Assembly (NCBI RefSeq): GCF_024521635.1 | Contig: NW_026250419.1 | Coordinates: forward strand, 248,001-312,000 | Source of the DNA: Tricharina praecox | Taxonomy: Eukaryota | Length of the DNA: 64,000 nt | Reading direction: 5' to 3' | Shown here: positions 13,457 through 24,394 of the stretch, piece by piece | Numbering within the stretch: the first letter of the stretch is position 1 | Layout of the letters: the number at the start of each line of letters is the position of its first letter | Program-made: the position numbers and the translations under genes | The notes under the pieces: generated by a model | Database searches by the model: none | What the model saw: only the letters and a program-made list of their open reading frames with translations | What the model was told of the DNA's origin: nothing

Positions 13457-14430
13457 CGCTGCTGTTGTGTTGCGTTGTACGTGCGATGAAGCTCAAGTCG
13501 GTTGGGTGATAGATTTGTTTCGTTGAATGATGCCCGGACTTACGATTGATTTAAGTTGCGGCGGCAGTGAGGAGGAGGCTGGTGGTGTCCGGGCCGGGTA
13601 AATCACTTCTATGTAGTAACTGCTGCTGGTCGTGGCTGGATGACTGGGCCGGCGGCCTAACTGCATGTGTGCAGTACGCGGCCGGCCGGAGGGACGTCAT
13701 GCCGTGAAACGTAAAGTACGCTATGTATTGTACTACACCACGCAAGGTTTATTGCAAGCCATTCGCGGCCGGTTCACCTACCCCGCCAACTTCGAACTCT
13801 ACAGCTAGAAACGTAACGAAAACTGGTTATCCAAGTTTCCCCCGCAGTCTACATTTGGATGTTTATGTGCACCTATCACGGCTGGTTGCTGCGGATATCT
13901 ACCTAGGCAGGTAGCCGCAGCATGTGATCTCAGAGGGAGCTTGGTAGGTAGATCATGGTGGTTGCGATAATGGGAGAGGAGAGGCAAGTGCTTGGAACAT
14001 TACTCTGTTGGAGCTTCAATGAGCTTTGATGAGCTTTGATGAGGTTACTAGTGTGTACATTCATCTCTGCCGGGCGTGGACGTTCCAAGTGATTCCTGCA
14101 CAATAGTGGAGGGGATATGGACTTCCAAGAGTGACAGCCCATAAGAATCCAAATTCCATTTAGACTACTTGGTAGCTGTTCGAAGTGGCGCATAACAGTA
14201 GATCACGGAAGTCTCATCACAGCATCACAGCATCACAGCATCACTTGCAGGTACCAAAATTGATCGACAAAAATTTCAAGTTGATCTTACAGAAAGTAGA
14301 AAAGATATACGCGCTCCTGTCCCCCAAAAAACCAAACGAAACACAAAAACCAGCCGCAGCCTACGTTACAGTCGTCGGACTCATGAAAAATGCTTAGAAA
14401 AACAGAACTCAAGCAGTGGATGCGATGCGT

Positions 14431-16196
14431 CTAACCGAGACCACCGAGGTTGATCTGGACGGTCTTGACCTGGGTGTAGTTGGCAAGAGCGGCCTTTCCG
14501 AGCTCACGTCCGACACCAGACTCCTTGAAGCCTCCGAATGGCAGGGCGGTGTTGCTATGAAATTGTTAGTCACTGTGGCTTTGGATATGTCAATGGATGG
14601 GGGAGAGCTTACAGCATGTTGTAGCAGTTGACCCAGCAGGTTCCGGCCTTCAGGCGGTTGGTGACCTCGATGGCGGTGTTGAGGTCCTTGGTGTGGACGG
14701 CGGCGGCAAGACCGTAGTTGGTAGCGTTACCGACCTCGACGATCTCATCGATGTCCTTGAATTTTGCGATGGAAGCGACGGGTCCGAAGATCTCCTCGTT
14801 CATGATCTTCATGTCGGGAGTGACGTTCGAGAAGATGGTGGGCTCGATGAAGTAACCGACGTCCCCGAAACGCTTTCCTCCGATCTCGACGACGGCTCCC
14901 TCCTCCTTTCCGTGCTCGATGTAGCCCATGATGCGGTCGAATTGGAGCTTGGAAACCTGGGGTCCCTGGAAGGTGTCGCCGTGGAATGGGTCACCAACGA
15001 CGTTCTTGCGGATTCTCTCCTTGAACTTCTCGACGAAGGTGTCGTAGATGGACTCCTGGACGTAGATGCGGGAACCGGCACAGCAGCACTGGCCGTGGTT
15101 GAAGAAGATACCAATGTTGGCCCACTCGATGGCCTTCTCGATGTCGGCATCGGCGAAGACGATGTTGGGGGACTTTCCTCCGAGCTCGAGGGTGACCTTC
15201 TTCAGGTTGCTGTCGGCAGCGGCCCTGAGGATCGTCCGTCCGACGAGAGTGGAACCAGTGAAGGCAATCTTGTCGACATCCATGTGGTTCGAGAGGGCAG
15301 CACCGGCAACCCGTCCGATACCGGAGATGATGTTGATGACACCGGGAGGGAAACCAGCCTCGTTGATGAGCTCAGCGGCAACCAGGGCGCTGAGAGGAGT
15401 CTGCTCGGCAGTCTTCAGGACGACAACGTTACCAGTGGCGATGGCGGGACCGATCTTCCAGGCCCACATGAGCAAGGGGAAGTTCCATCTATCTCGTCTG
15501 TCAGCATCCATCCATCCATCCGCCCACTCCCCCATCCCCCAGTGGAAGTATCGATCGGTGCACGTACGGGATGATCTGTCCGCAGACGCCGATGGGCTCG
15601 TGCTTGGTGTAGTTGAAGGTTCCGGGCTGAGTATCCACGACCTTTCCGTGGATCTTGTCCGCCCAACCACCGTAGTATCTCAAACATCCAGCAGCCATTG
15701 TGACATCGGTCCTGGACAGGGCCAGGGCCTTTCCGTTGTCGAGGGACTCGACCGACGAGAGCTTGGTGACGTTCTCCTCGAAGAGATCGGCGAGCTTGCA
15801 GAGAAGCTGGCCACGCTGGGACGGCTTCAACTTGGGCCATTCGCCTCCGGTGAAGGCAGCTCTGGCAGCCTTGACGGCAATGTCGACGTCCTTCTCGGTG
15901 GCCTCGTGGACCGAGCAGATGACCTTCTCGTCACTGATGGGGGGTCAGCATGTCGGAAAGCGAGGGCGAGGGAGACGGGATGTACGAACGATGGGTTGTG
16001 GACCTCGAAGGTCTTGCCCTCGACACCCTTGACGAACTCGCCGTTGATGAACCTGTGATTTGGCAATGGAATCAGCACGAAGCCCAACGACACCGAAACC
16101 GCCGGTACGCTGAGGGGGCAGGGGCAGAACATACAATCCCAATGGCTGTTCGTACTTCACTCCATTGGGGAGCGAAATCTGCTGTGTGAGACTCAT
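14431..16196 (-). CDS. NAD(P)+-dependent aldehyde dehydrogenase (ALDH1/2-like, AldA-type), ~496 aa
   Basis: Exons 16196-16135, 16052-15990, 15933-15568, 15488-14613, 14554-14431. Motifs [22 protein letters not shown] (catalytic Glu), [12 protein letters not shown] (catalytic Cys), [16 protein letters not shown]. Strong C/G-ending codon bias suggests high expression; no obvious mitochondrial presequence. Confidence 0.96.
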
Positions 16197-16302
16197 GATT
16201 GTGTCGGAACGGATGTGTGATGGATGGATGTAGTGGGGTTGGAGTGAGTGAATGGGATCTCGCTGAAGAGACTGGATTAGGATTGCGGAATGGCTCTGGC
16301 AC

Positions 16303-16309
16303 TTATATA
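16303..16309 (-). promoter_or_regulatory. TATA box of the aldehyde dehydrogenase gene
   Basis: TATATAA on the minus strand ~107 nt upstream of the ATG at 16196. Confidence 0.6.
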
Positions 16310-19300
16310 CGTTTGGCCAGCTGCCACCCCCAGCACCAGGTCCCAGGCCGGCCGGACGTCCGCACCACCGCCAGCCCCACCAGCACCGGTAGCACCACCA
16401 CCACCACCACGATTTCCCCACCACCCTTCGTCTCGTTTTCGTAGGCGCCATCGGGGCGCGAGTTGATCTAGAGTCCCGGCAAGCATCCAGCCAGCATCCA
16501 GCCATCCAGCCACCCTCCCCCATCCAGCCATCCAGCGTCAAGCGTCCCGCCATGTTTGCGGGGTGCACTTTGCGGCACGAGTGGGATGTTGCTCGGCAAA
16601 GCTAGAGTAGTGTAGAGTAAGGTAGAGGCAGCTAGCCTAACCAGCTGCGATCCTGGGCTGCCACACCCTCCTGCGGCTCGCAACATTGCCCTCCGGAGGA
16701 GGGAGGAGGCGCTTTGGATGAGCCCGGTATGTACCACAGCAGCTTGCTTGCTTGCTGTCTAGTCGCGTTTCCTCTCCCGCGCCCATCTGTTCTGGTCGAT
16801 TCGAATTTGAAATCATTCATCAGGAGGAAGGAAGCACAGCACCCACGTTCGGCTTCTTGGCAGGCGTTCTGCGATCACCGCCCGGCTTGACTCGGGCCTG
16901 TGCTCTGGACTACTTGCAGCACAGCGCAGCGCTGGTCCTCCAGCCCACCACTAGCTACGAGACGGCGCCGGAGATAAGTCCTAGCTCCAATGCCCGAGGT
17001 GACGGCGGAAGCTCAAGCTACTCTACTCGAACTATCGGCGACGACGAAGACGATCACAGCCACGACGACCACGACGACGCCGATAATCATCCGCCCGCAC
17101 GTGTATGTACATAGCAGAAGAACCGAGCATTCCCACGTATTATCCGGGTATGTATTGTACTCGCTCGGGTGGCGATAATCGATGCACGTAAGAACCCAAT
17201 CCCTCCCTCATCCTCATCCCCATCCTCATTCTTCCGTCGTCCGTGTTCCGTCATCACAGTGGTGGAGGGGCGGGGCTGACGCCACGCCTTAGCCCCCCCG
17301 CCGCTTATCCGAACCCCGCATTCGCACTTACCGACGGAGCACTACTACTACACGATAGCGTACATACTATCATAGTAGAGTTTCGAAACCGCGTGTTAAA
17401 ATAAAAATACAAATAAAAACTCCCGAATCCGAGCCACCACCCCGCCCCGCCCCCGTATCCACGTCTCACCTCGACCCTTGCTTCCCTTCCCTTCCCTTCG
17501 ACCAGAGAGGTTCGCGGTACGTAAACCGTCCGGGCTTCCGTCCGCCCGGGGAAAAGGGACCCCACCGTGGGGTCTGCTGCGGGAAACCTACCAAGGTACA
17601 TACCTGTACGGTATGTATCTAGACAAAAGAAATGTCCCCACTCATTCATGCATACCTACGATCCACCGTGCTCTCTCTGTGTGTATAGTAGTATTCGCGA
17701 GGGAGAAAGCCACCGTAACGGCTATGGTAGAGTACACCGATAGGTAATGGTCAAGAGCACCCGAACACGGCTCACAGCGGAAGAAATCCCCCACCGAAGT
17801 AAAGGAAGAAGAAGAAACCCGGGAAATAGCGCCGATGGTGGCGGCAAGCCACCTACCTACACTTGTACTATGCATAGATATAACCTTCCAATCGATCGTT
17901 AGCACTTTGTATGCAGCCGTCCGCTCAAAACACACACAAGAGCGACGTGACCTTGAAAGTTGAAAGTTGAAGCTGACAGTTCCGTGTCGATCGTTAACTA
18001 CGGTAGTAACTAACGACAAACCTAACCCCACAACGCCGAACGACGTTGCTCCAGGCCACAAGCTTGGTCCATCAACAACCGCTAAAACAATATCTAGGAA
18101 ACCTAGGAAGGTTTGAGACACCTCCGTTGCGGGGAATCGGGCTTGGTATTCTAGACCGTGGTGGACCGTAGTGGACCGTGGCTGGCTGGCTGGTGGACTT
18201 GGACTGAGCGGCGGTGGAGACAGTGTGAAACATGGGCTTAGGCATTGGCGTACGGTGGCGAGGTATCGAGTTGGATTCTTTAAACGATCGCATCAAAGCC
18301 AGATGGATAGGTATCGTTGAAAAGGAGTATTTACAGGTACATGTTTTCCCACACATCGAGTGAAAACGTGCAGCACCCTGCAGGATCTCTCCAAGAATCT
18401 GCATCGGACGTCGGGATATTCTGCATCCTCTAAGTCCGAGCCGAACGGCGAGCGAGGCGTGCGTGCATGTGAGATGGATCGTCACCACACCACGGGTGTC
18501 GAGATCAGGAAGTTGGGTTGCCATGGTTAGTTCCCATCCTTTCCTTCCCAGGCTTCCCTTCTGGGCGAGCCCGGATTCCTCTACCTTGAGAGGAGTGGAA
18601 CAGAAGTGAAATACGTGGGATCGTTCTTTAATAGATAGGTCCCGTACATAGATGATAGCTATGGGAAAAACTCAGTGCTGCGAGCCGCGTCTGTGTGTAT
18701 TTGCCAAACGAAGGAAACGGAGGGATTATCCGCGGCAGTGCGTAGGAGCCTGGAGGGCGCAGAGTGCGCTTGCCGTGCTTCACTCGGCGTTTGTTGTACT
18801 ATGATAGCCTCTCGTGGATCAGCGTATCTAACGAGAACTTGGAAGCCCTTACTACAATAGCCATGCAGCAACGAGCGTACATGCAGACACACTAACTCTT
18901 GCTCCTCTGTTTACTACAGATGCAATAGAGCCTCTCGAAACAGCTTCGTTCATTCCATCCAATCGATAGCTACATGCTAGTTACCTATATGCACTCGGCG
19001 TCTCAGCAATAACATCCACCGATAAATCCCGAAGATGGGATACAATAGACGTCATGTTCTAGGAGGAGGGGGAGGCGTGTCAGAGTGGAGTTTCGCGATA
19101 CTCTAGTTACCAGTAGAGTGAGAATCCACGACATATGGACGGAGAATGCGCATGAGGTTTGCATATTCACAATTTCACAGATGCCAAAAGGTTCAGCCAC
19201 ACCAGCTAACTCGTTCAGAACTTCGGGCAACAGAAGAGTCGACAGAGCGGCCCAAAGGACTCCAACCCGCCGCCGGGTTCCGCTTTCCAACGACGTTCGA

Positions 19301-19489
19301 TTTTAGCAAAAGTAAAGTGTGTGGCATTGCGCAAATAGGTATACATATTAAAGCCATACTGGCCCCTCGCTGGTATCACAGCATCTCCACGGTGTAGTGG
19401 CATCGTACCGAATGCATCCCTCCGGGCACGGACTCCAAGCACCCAAAACAGTGACCTCATCTATCGATCTCCAACCTGCAGCCCGCATC

Positions 19490-20312
19490 TCACAAAGCCT
19501 GGACGGGCACCCACCGTCCGCTCGTCACCGCAGCGACAGTAGCAGCCACACCCAGCACGACACCAGCCAGCAGGACGCAGACATCCCTCGGCGGCGCCCA
19601 TGCCTGTGCAGCAGCAGTCGCAGCGTACCAAACGGCGCCTGCCTTGCTTCTTCTAGCGGCGGCGGCGGACGACAACCCGGGGAGCCCGTCGAGCGAGTAG
19701 CCATTATATGTGGCCTGGAACTCAGCCAGCTTCCCGGCCGACACAGCGTGCGCGCCCATCTTGAGGATGGTGGGGCGGTCAATGAGACAGGGCTTTGGAG
19801 GGGTCTCGTCGTCCCCAGCGCTCATCGAGAGCAAAGGCACACCGAAGCCACAGGAGGTCTGCACCTGCATTCGTGGACAACCGGGTCAGCACTTGCTCCT
19901 CTTCCCCGGGAATCACACACACCCCCCCTCCCCCACACACACACAGGAATTACCACGAACCTTGAAAATATCCAGCACAATAACGGACCTAACGGCCTTA
20001 AACTTCTCCTCTGCATCCTCTCCAAACCTATCCAACCATTCATCAAACTTATCCGCGCCCTTCTCGACCACGCGGCCCTTACAGAACAGTCTCAACACGC
20101 GCGGCCCCGCGTCAAAGCTGTTGAACATTATCGTGATCCGCCCGTTCTCCTTCAGGTGCGCGATCGTCTCCACCCCCGAACCGGTCAGGTCAACGTATGC
20201 TGCGGAGTTCGGCCCAAGAAATGTAAACGCACTGGAGAGGAGCGCTTTGGGTGAGACGTTGATCTAGTGTGCGTGTGTCAGTACATAATGTAGGTGAGAG
20301 AGAGAGAGAGAG

Positions 20313-20349
<37 letters not shown>

Positions 20350-20548
20350 TATTCCGGACGGCCGGGCATGCAGTGTAGGCTTTCGGATGGATGGGGGGTG
20401 GGGAGGTGGGTGGGGGCGGGAAGGGCATGGGAGGGCATGGGAGACATACGTGATCTCCGCGCAGAGGTGCACTGGCGGTCCAAAACACTTTCTGTTTGGC
20501 GCACCAGGCCATGAAGTCCGGCGAGACGGATGGGTAGAAGGTGGGCAT
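19490..20548 (-). CDS. Pyridoxamine 5'-phosphate oxidase-like FMN-binding split-barrel protein with C-terminal hydrophobic segment, ~258 aa
   Basis: Exons 20548-20450, 20263-19961, 19864-19490. Motifs QKVFWTASAP, HINVSPK, YVDLTGSGVETIAHLKENGRITIMF, PRVLRLF, VQTSCGFGVP, SLDGLPG; hydrophobic VCVLLAGVVLGVAATVAAV near the C-terminus. Confidence 0.88.
20297..20348. repeat. Compound (GA)n(GT)n microsatellite in intron 1 of the PNPOx-like gene
   Basis: A GA run directly followed by a GT run. Confidence 0.9.
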
Positions 20549-23282
20549 CGCTATTGTTGTCTCAGGTCTGATTTCCTTTTTTCTAGACTATGTAGTTCCC
20601 TCGTACGGATGGATGGATCGATGTATGTGTGGGTGGATGGGTGGATGGGTGGATCGGGCGTTTGTGCAGTTGCAGTTGCGGTTCCTGAGATCCTTCCTGC
20701 TCCTGCTCCTAGCCGGCTATATACATATCATACCTCAGGACAGAATACGCAGGATACGCATGCCGCCCGGACTTCTGCGTGCTTTTTGCGGAGTTAGTCA
20801 CAGTCCGGTGGGCATATGCATGATCACTATTCAATATTTAGCAGTCAATCTGGGCTTTTGCGATCCTGGGCTCGTCCGCAGCTCGTCGTAGCAACGGAGA
20901 TAGGCAGGTACTCTAGGTACTAACCCGTCGCATGAGGTACGCAGGCAGTTATGTCCGCCGTGCGGAGCATGACATATAGGACATAGCTATATTAATTTAA
21001 GCCACAAAGCTTACACTTGGTTAAAGTTAAGCGTTCGGAGGTAGGTATTTCGCCTTGTGGTTAATCAAAGCGCCGATTAGCGGGAAATCCCCCAGGCCAG
21101 TTCCCCTGATTGGCAAGATTCAACCGACAGAGCAGATGGGGATATATACCCAGATACCGTACGGTATCAACTCACTTGGCAGGTATCTACTATTGTGTTA
21201 GTTCTGGTTTTCTACTATAGAGTAGCGCTTAGCGGTGTATTACTTATTGCCTGAACGGGAAGTACACCTAGTAAACCAAATAGAAATAGGTATCAGAGGC
21301 CAAGATTCCAGATATTATAGATAGTGTAGTTACGATAGAAAGCCTACTAGTGATAGAACTATTGGCAGTAGAGTATTTCCTCTTGAGTGAGATATTACGG
21401 TATGTATTTGGTTACCCCCAGGATTTGCACGGCCACACGCCGACGCAGACCAACGCAGCAGCCCGTAGTTATTCGAGACATCTCCATGGTCCGCTACCAA
21501 ATGTACTCGTTAACTCCGCCCAGCTTGACAACGGGCTTCCCAGCTCGACGGCGGACTCTAGAGTACCTACATACTCTGCTAGTCGTTCGGCCCAAGTCTC
21601 AAGAAGAGAAGGCTCGACTCAAGGCTGCTCGACAGGGGCGGACGGCATATCGAACAAGGCGAACTGCGTCGTCATGCTCGTCCTCGTCCTTGTTACTGGG
21701 GTCTGGCTCACTGCGGTGAACTGCAGCGAGCGGATCAGTAACTACAGTAACCAGGTAGAATAATGGTTCAAGAACCTGGACGGTGGCGTATACTCTGCGC
21801 CTCGACCTAGGAAAGTAGATGGGGCTTCATATCGAATCTATCGATCCGCAGCGTGGGTAGGTAATTCTTACCCAGCATCTCTACTACCTACCTCCGTATC
21901 TATACCTAGTATTTGGCGACAGTCCGTAACCCTTGCGCCGAAGAATAAGCACGACCGAAGGAGTTCCGGACGCACAGCGCAAGACCGCGACGACGACGAT
22001 GGTGATGACTGACTCATTATGCATTATGCATTATTCCGCCCAGTGGTGATAGGTGGGTGTCTCGGACTTAGGTCAGGTCCGATAGGTGGGCAAGCCCATC
22101 TATGTGGAGTATCCGCATCCCCTCTAACCATCGGAAATCCGGAGAAACTGCATGATGCATATCGACAGTGATATAGGTATAGGTATCCCGGATTGTCTAC
22201 GCCACGGCCCTACAGCTGCAGCCAGGTATGGGAGAACCTTACTCGAGACATCTCCCCTCCTAGCGCAGTAAGCACTGAGCAGTAAGCACTGAGCAATCGG
22301 GCCAAAAATACCCTGTAAATAATACCTATGCCGCCGTGGATAGGGGGTGAGATCATAGATGGTGTACATAGTTTATATTATGTAGTACCTAGGAAGTTCT
22401 ACTCCGTGTCTGTCTGGGAGAAATGAATGCTTCAAGGAATGAAGCAACAGCACCCATAACTATTCCACGGACATGGACTGCAGCTCAGTTATATCTAGTA
22501 TACTTGGATTACAGATACCATATACACAGCATAAGGCCAAAAAATGCATAACACTCAGACGGACCAATTCCGCGGCGTGCTGAGCATGAAAGCCATAGTT
22601 ATACCGTATCTTTAATGTCCTGTTTGAGAAACAACCGCGAAAAGCAAACGGTACTCAAAGTCGTACGATGCCCTCCCTCGCCTCGTCTCTTCTCGTCTTA
22701 TGTGTCGTTGGAGAAAGGTTACCTACCAGGTATGTACCTATCCTGCGGACCCCACCTCCCACCTACCGACCCCACGTCCCCACCTACAACGGTACAATGG
22801 TACATACATGCCCCGCGCAGATCCTGCGCATCAATGGAACGGATACTCGGGGCAAGGGAAGGGTGAGCGGACGGAAGGGCAGTGAATCTACACAGTGGGT
22901 GCGGAGGGAAGGAACGGATGGGACTCGGGAGAGCAGATTCAACAGATGAAAGCCAGGTACTCCTACCTGGTGATTATGTACTTACATTATAGGTACTATA
23001 AATCGATAGGGCCCGGATCATCCCCTCGCCGGCTGCCGACGGCCGGAGTACGGATCCCCGCCACCAGCATCGCTGCATCGCTGTGCTGTGCGATCCCATA
23101 GGTATGTAGACATGTAGATTACCGCGCGGATCCGGATGATCGTCCATGAATCGACCATGAATCGCGCGCGGTGGGGAAGCGTAGATCCAAGTAGGTATGT
23201 ACGTACTACATACTAGGTATGCGATAGTAGAGCACTGGCTTCCTGGTTATCCCCAGGGGGAACGAAGGCAACGCATAGTATG

Positions 23283-23928
23283 TAAAGTACCAGGTCAAAA
23301 GTTTTCGTACACCTCCCCAAAAGCGCCACCACACCACAGACATATATCTCTATAAAACAACAACCACACTTAAGAGGGTACTAATAATTGGCGTATATCA
23401 TGAATATATACTAATAAAGCTTCAATGAGATTTCCAGCTCGCCAGGCAGATTATTTTATGCGAAGTAGAGTGGCTTGGCAGATTTCCCTTTCACCGAGGC
23501 AAGTCATTTCCCGCCATAGATACAGCAACCATAAGATAGTATAAAAATATGTGGATCATTAGAAGGTCTTCTAAGTCAGGTAGAGAACCTCGATTGAAAT
23601 CAGCACACAATTCTAACTAGTGGTGGTTGAGTAATGCCGTATGGTAGAGAAGTTGGTGTTGAAACTGGTTGTCACGCAATAATTTTGTATGGGGCCCCAT
23701 ACAAAATCCGAAATCACTCTCCAACCCGTGCACAATACCGTACCATGCGCCACCAATTCGAAGCAAAAGTTGTCAGACTTCTTATGTGTTATGCATCTTG
23801 CGATTCCAAAGCTTCTATAGAAGACTCGATTTTTTTCCGCCACGTGAAGGGTGGTTTTTAGTTACTTGAAAATGGGCATTTTTAGTATAAAACGGCCATC
23901 GTACGAAAACCTTTAACCTAGTACTTTA
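23283..23928. mobile_element. Non-autonomous TIR DNA transposon (MITE-like, ~650 bp)
   Basis: Left end TAAAGTACCAGGTCAAAAGTTTTCGTAC (23283-23310) vs reverse complement of 23901-23928 TAAAGTACTAGGTTAAAGGTTTTCGTAC: 25/28 identical. AT-rich non-coding interior with a perfect 26-bp palindrome at 23682-23707. Exact outer ends are uncertain by ~10 bp. Confidence 0.7.
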
Positions 23929-23941
23929 ATAATAATGTATG

Positions 23942-24027
23942 TACTCGGGTGCAAGGATAAGTGGTGCACCCCATTAAGCACTATTTAGTAGTGGTGGTGG
24001 TGCACGACTCTTCCTCACACCCCAGTA
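23942..24027. mobile_element. Very small degenerate MITE / hairpin element (86 bp including terminal TA)
   Basis: TACTCGGGTGCAAGGATAAGTGGTGCACC (23942-23970) vs reverse complement of 23999-24027 TACTGGGGTGTGAGGAAGAGTCGTGCACC: 23/29 identical. TA at both ends, consistent with a Tc1/mariner-type target duplication. Confidence 0.55.
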
Positions 24028-24308
24028 AATACGCATACAGAGTAAGTAGATACCGGTACCAGTGCGCGGTATTACTCGAATCCACGCCGATTGAACATCA
24101 GAACATCTACCTGTGTAAGCTGCGGGTCTAGCATTTCCGATTTTCTCGGAGAAAAGCAGATAGGCATCTACCCGGATGTAGTACGGCCCTCCCATATCTC
24201 TCCTTTGCTGTGAGCCAGGTCTTGTGTGCGAGTGCCCGAGAAAGTCCTCGCTCTTTTTGTTTTTGTTTCTACGCTCAAAGTTACCGTAGTGCACGTAATA
24301 AACATCCA

Positions 24309-24394
24309 GGCCGCGTGGCCCAATGGCAAGGCGCTTGACTACGAGTTTTCAACTTGATATCAAGAGATTGCAGGTTCGAGCCCTGCCGTGGTCA
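24309..24394 (+). tRNA. tRNA-Arg(ACG) with 14-nt intron (24345-24358)
   Basis: Acceptor stem GGCCGCG/CGTGGTC, D-arm with A-box TGGCCCAATGG, anticodon stem CTTGA/TCAAG with loop CT-ACG-A^A, T-arm GCAGG-TTCGAGC-CCTGC, discriminator A. Intron at the canonical 37/38 position; T5 Pol III terminator at 24415-24419. Confidence 0.95.

Noticed and set aside
14012..14023. 12-mer AGCTTCAATGAG shared with the TIR element interior (23418-23429)
   Set aside because: The match does not extend; a single 12-mer match is plausible by chance in 64 kb.
14380..14433. Stop-codon readthrough to a cryptic peroxisomal PTS1 (checked for ALDH and several other genes)
   Set aside because: No TGA-CTA context, and the in-frame extensions do not end in an SKL-like tripeptide.
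14597..16058. Long plus-strand ORFs (325 aa, 330 aa) opposite the ALDH gene
   Set aside because: Antisense shadows of a strongly codon-biased gene; the same applies to 43936-44736, 5993-7039 and 19397-20254.
16729..16890. 53-aa ORF with hydrophobic N-terminus and RRKEA, superficially like a secreted peptide or pheromone precursor
   Set aside because: No repeated mature peptide, weak signal peptide, and it lies in the ALDH upstream region; no independent support.
1354..20548. Transporter + Zn2Cys6 TF + ALDH + flavoprotein as a metabolic gene cluster
   Set aside because: Interspersed with housekeeping genes (MED20, RSM19, TAF10, TVP15), with no backbone enzyme or shared pathway logic.
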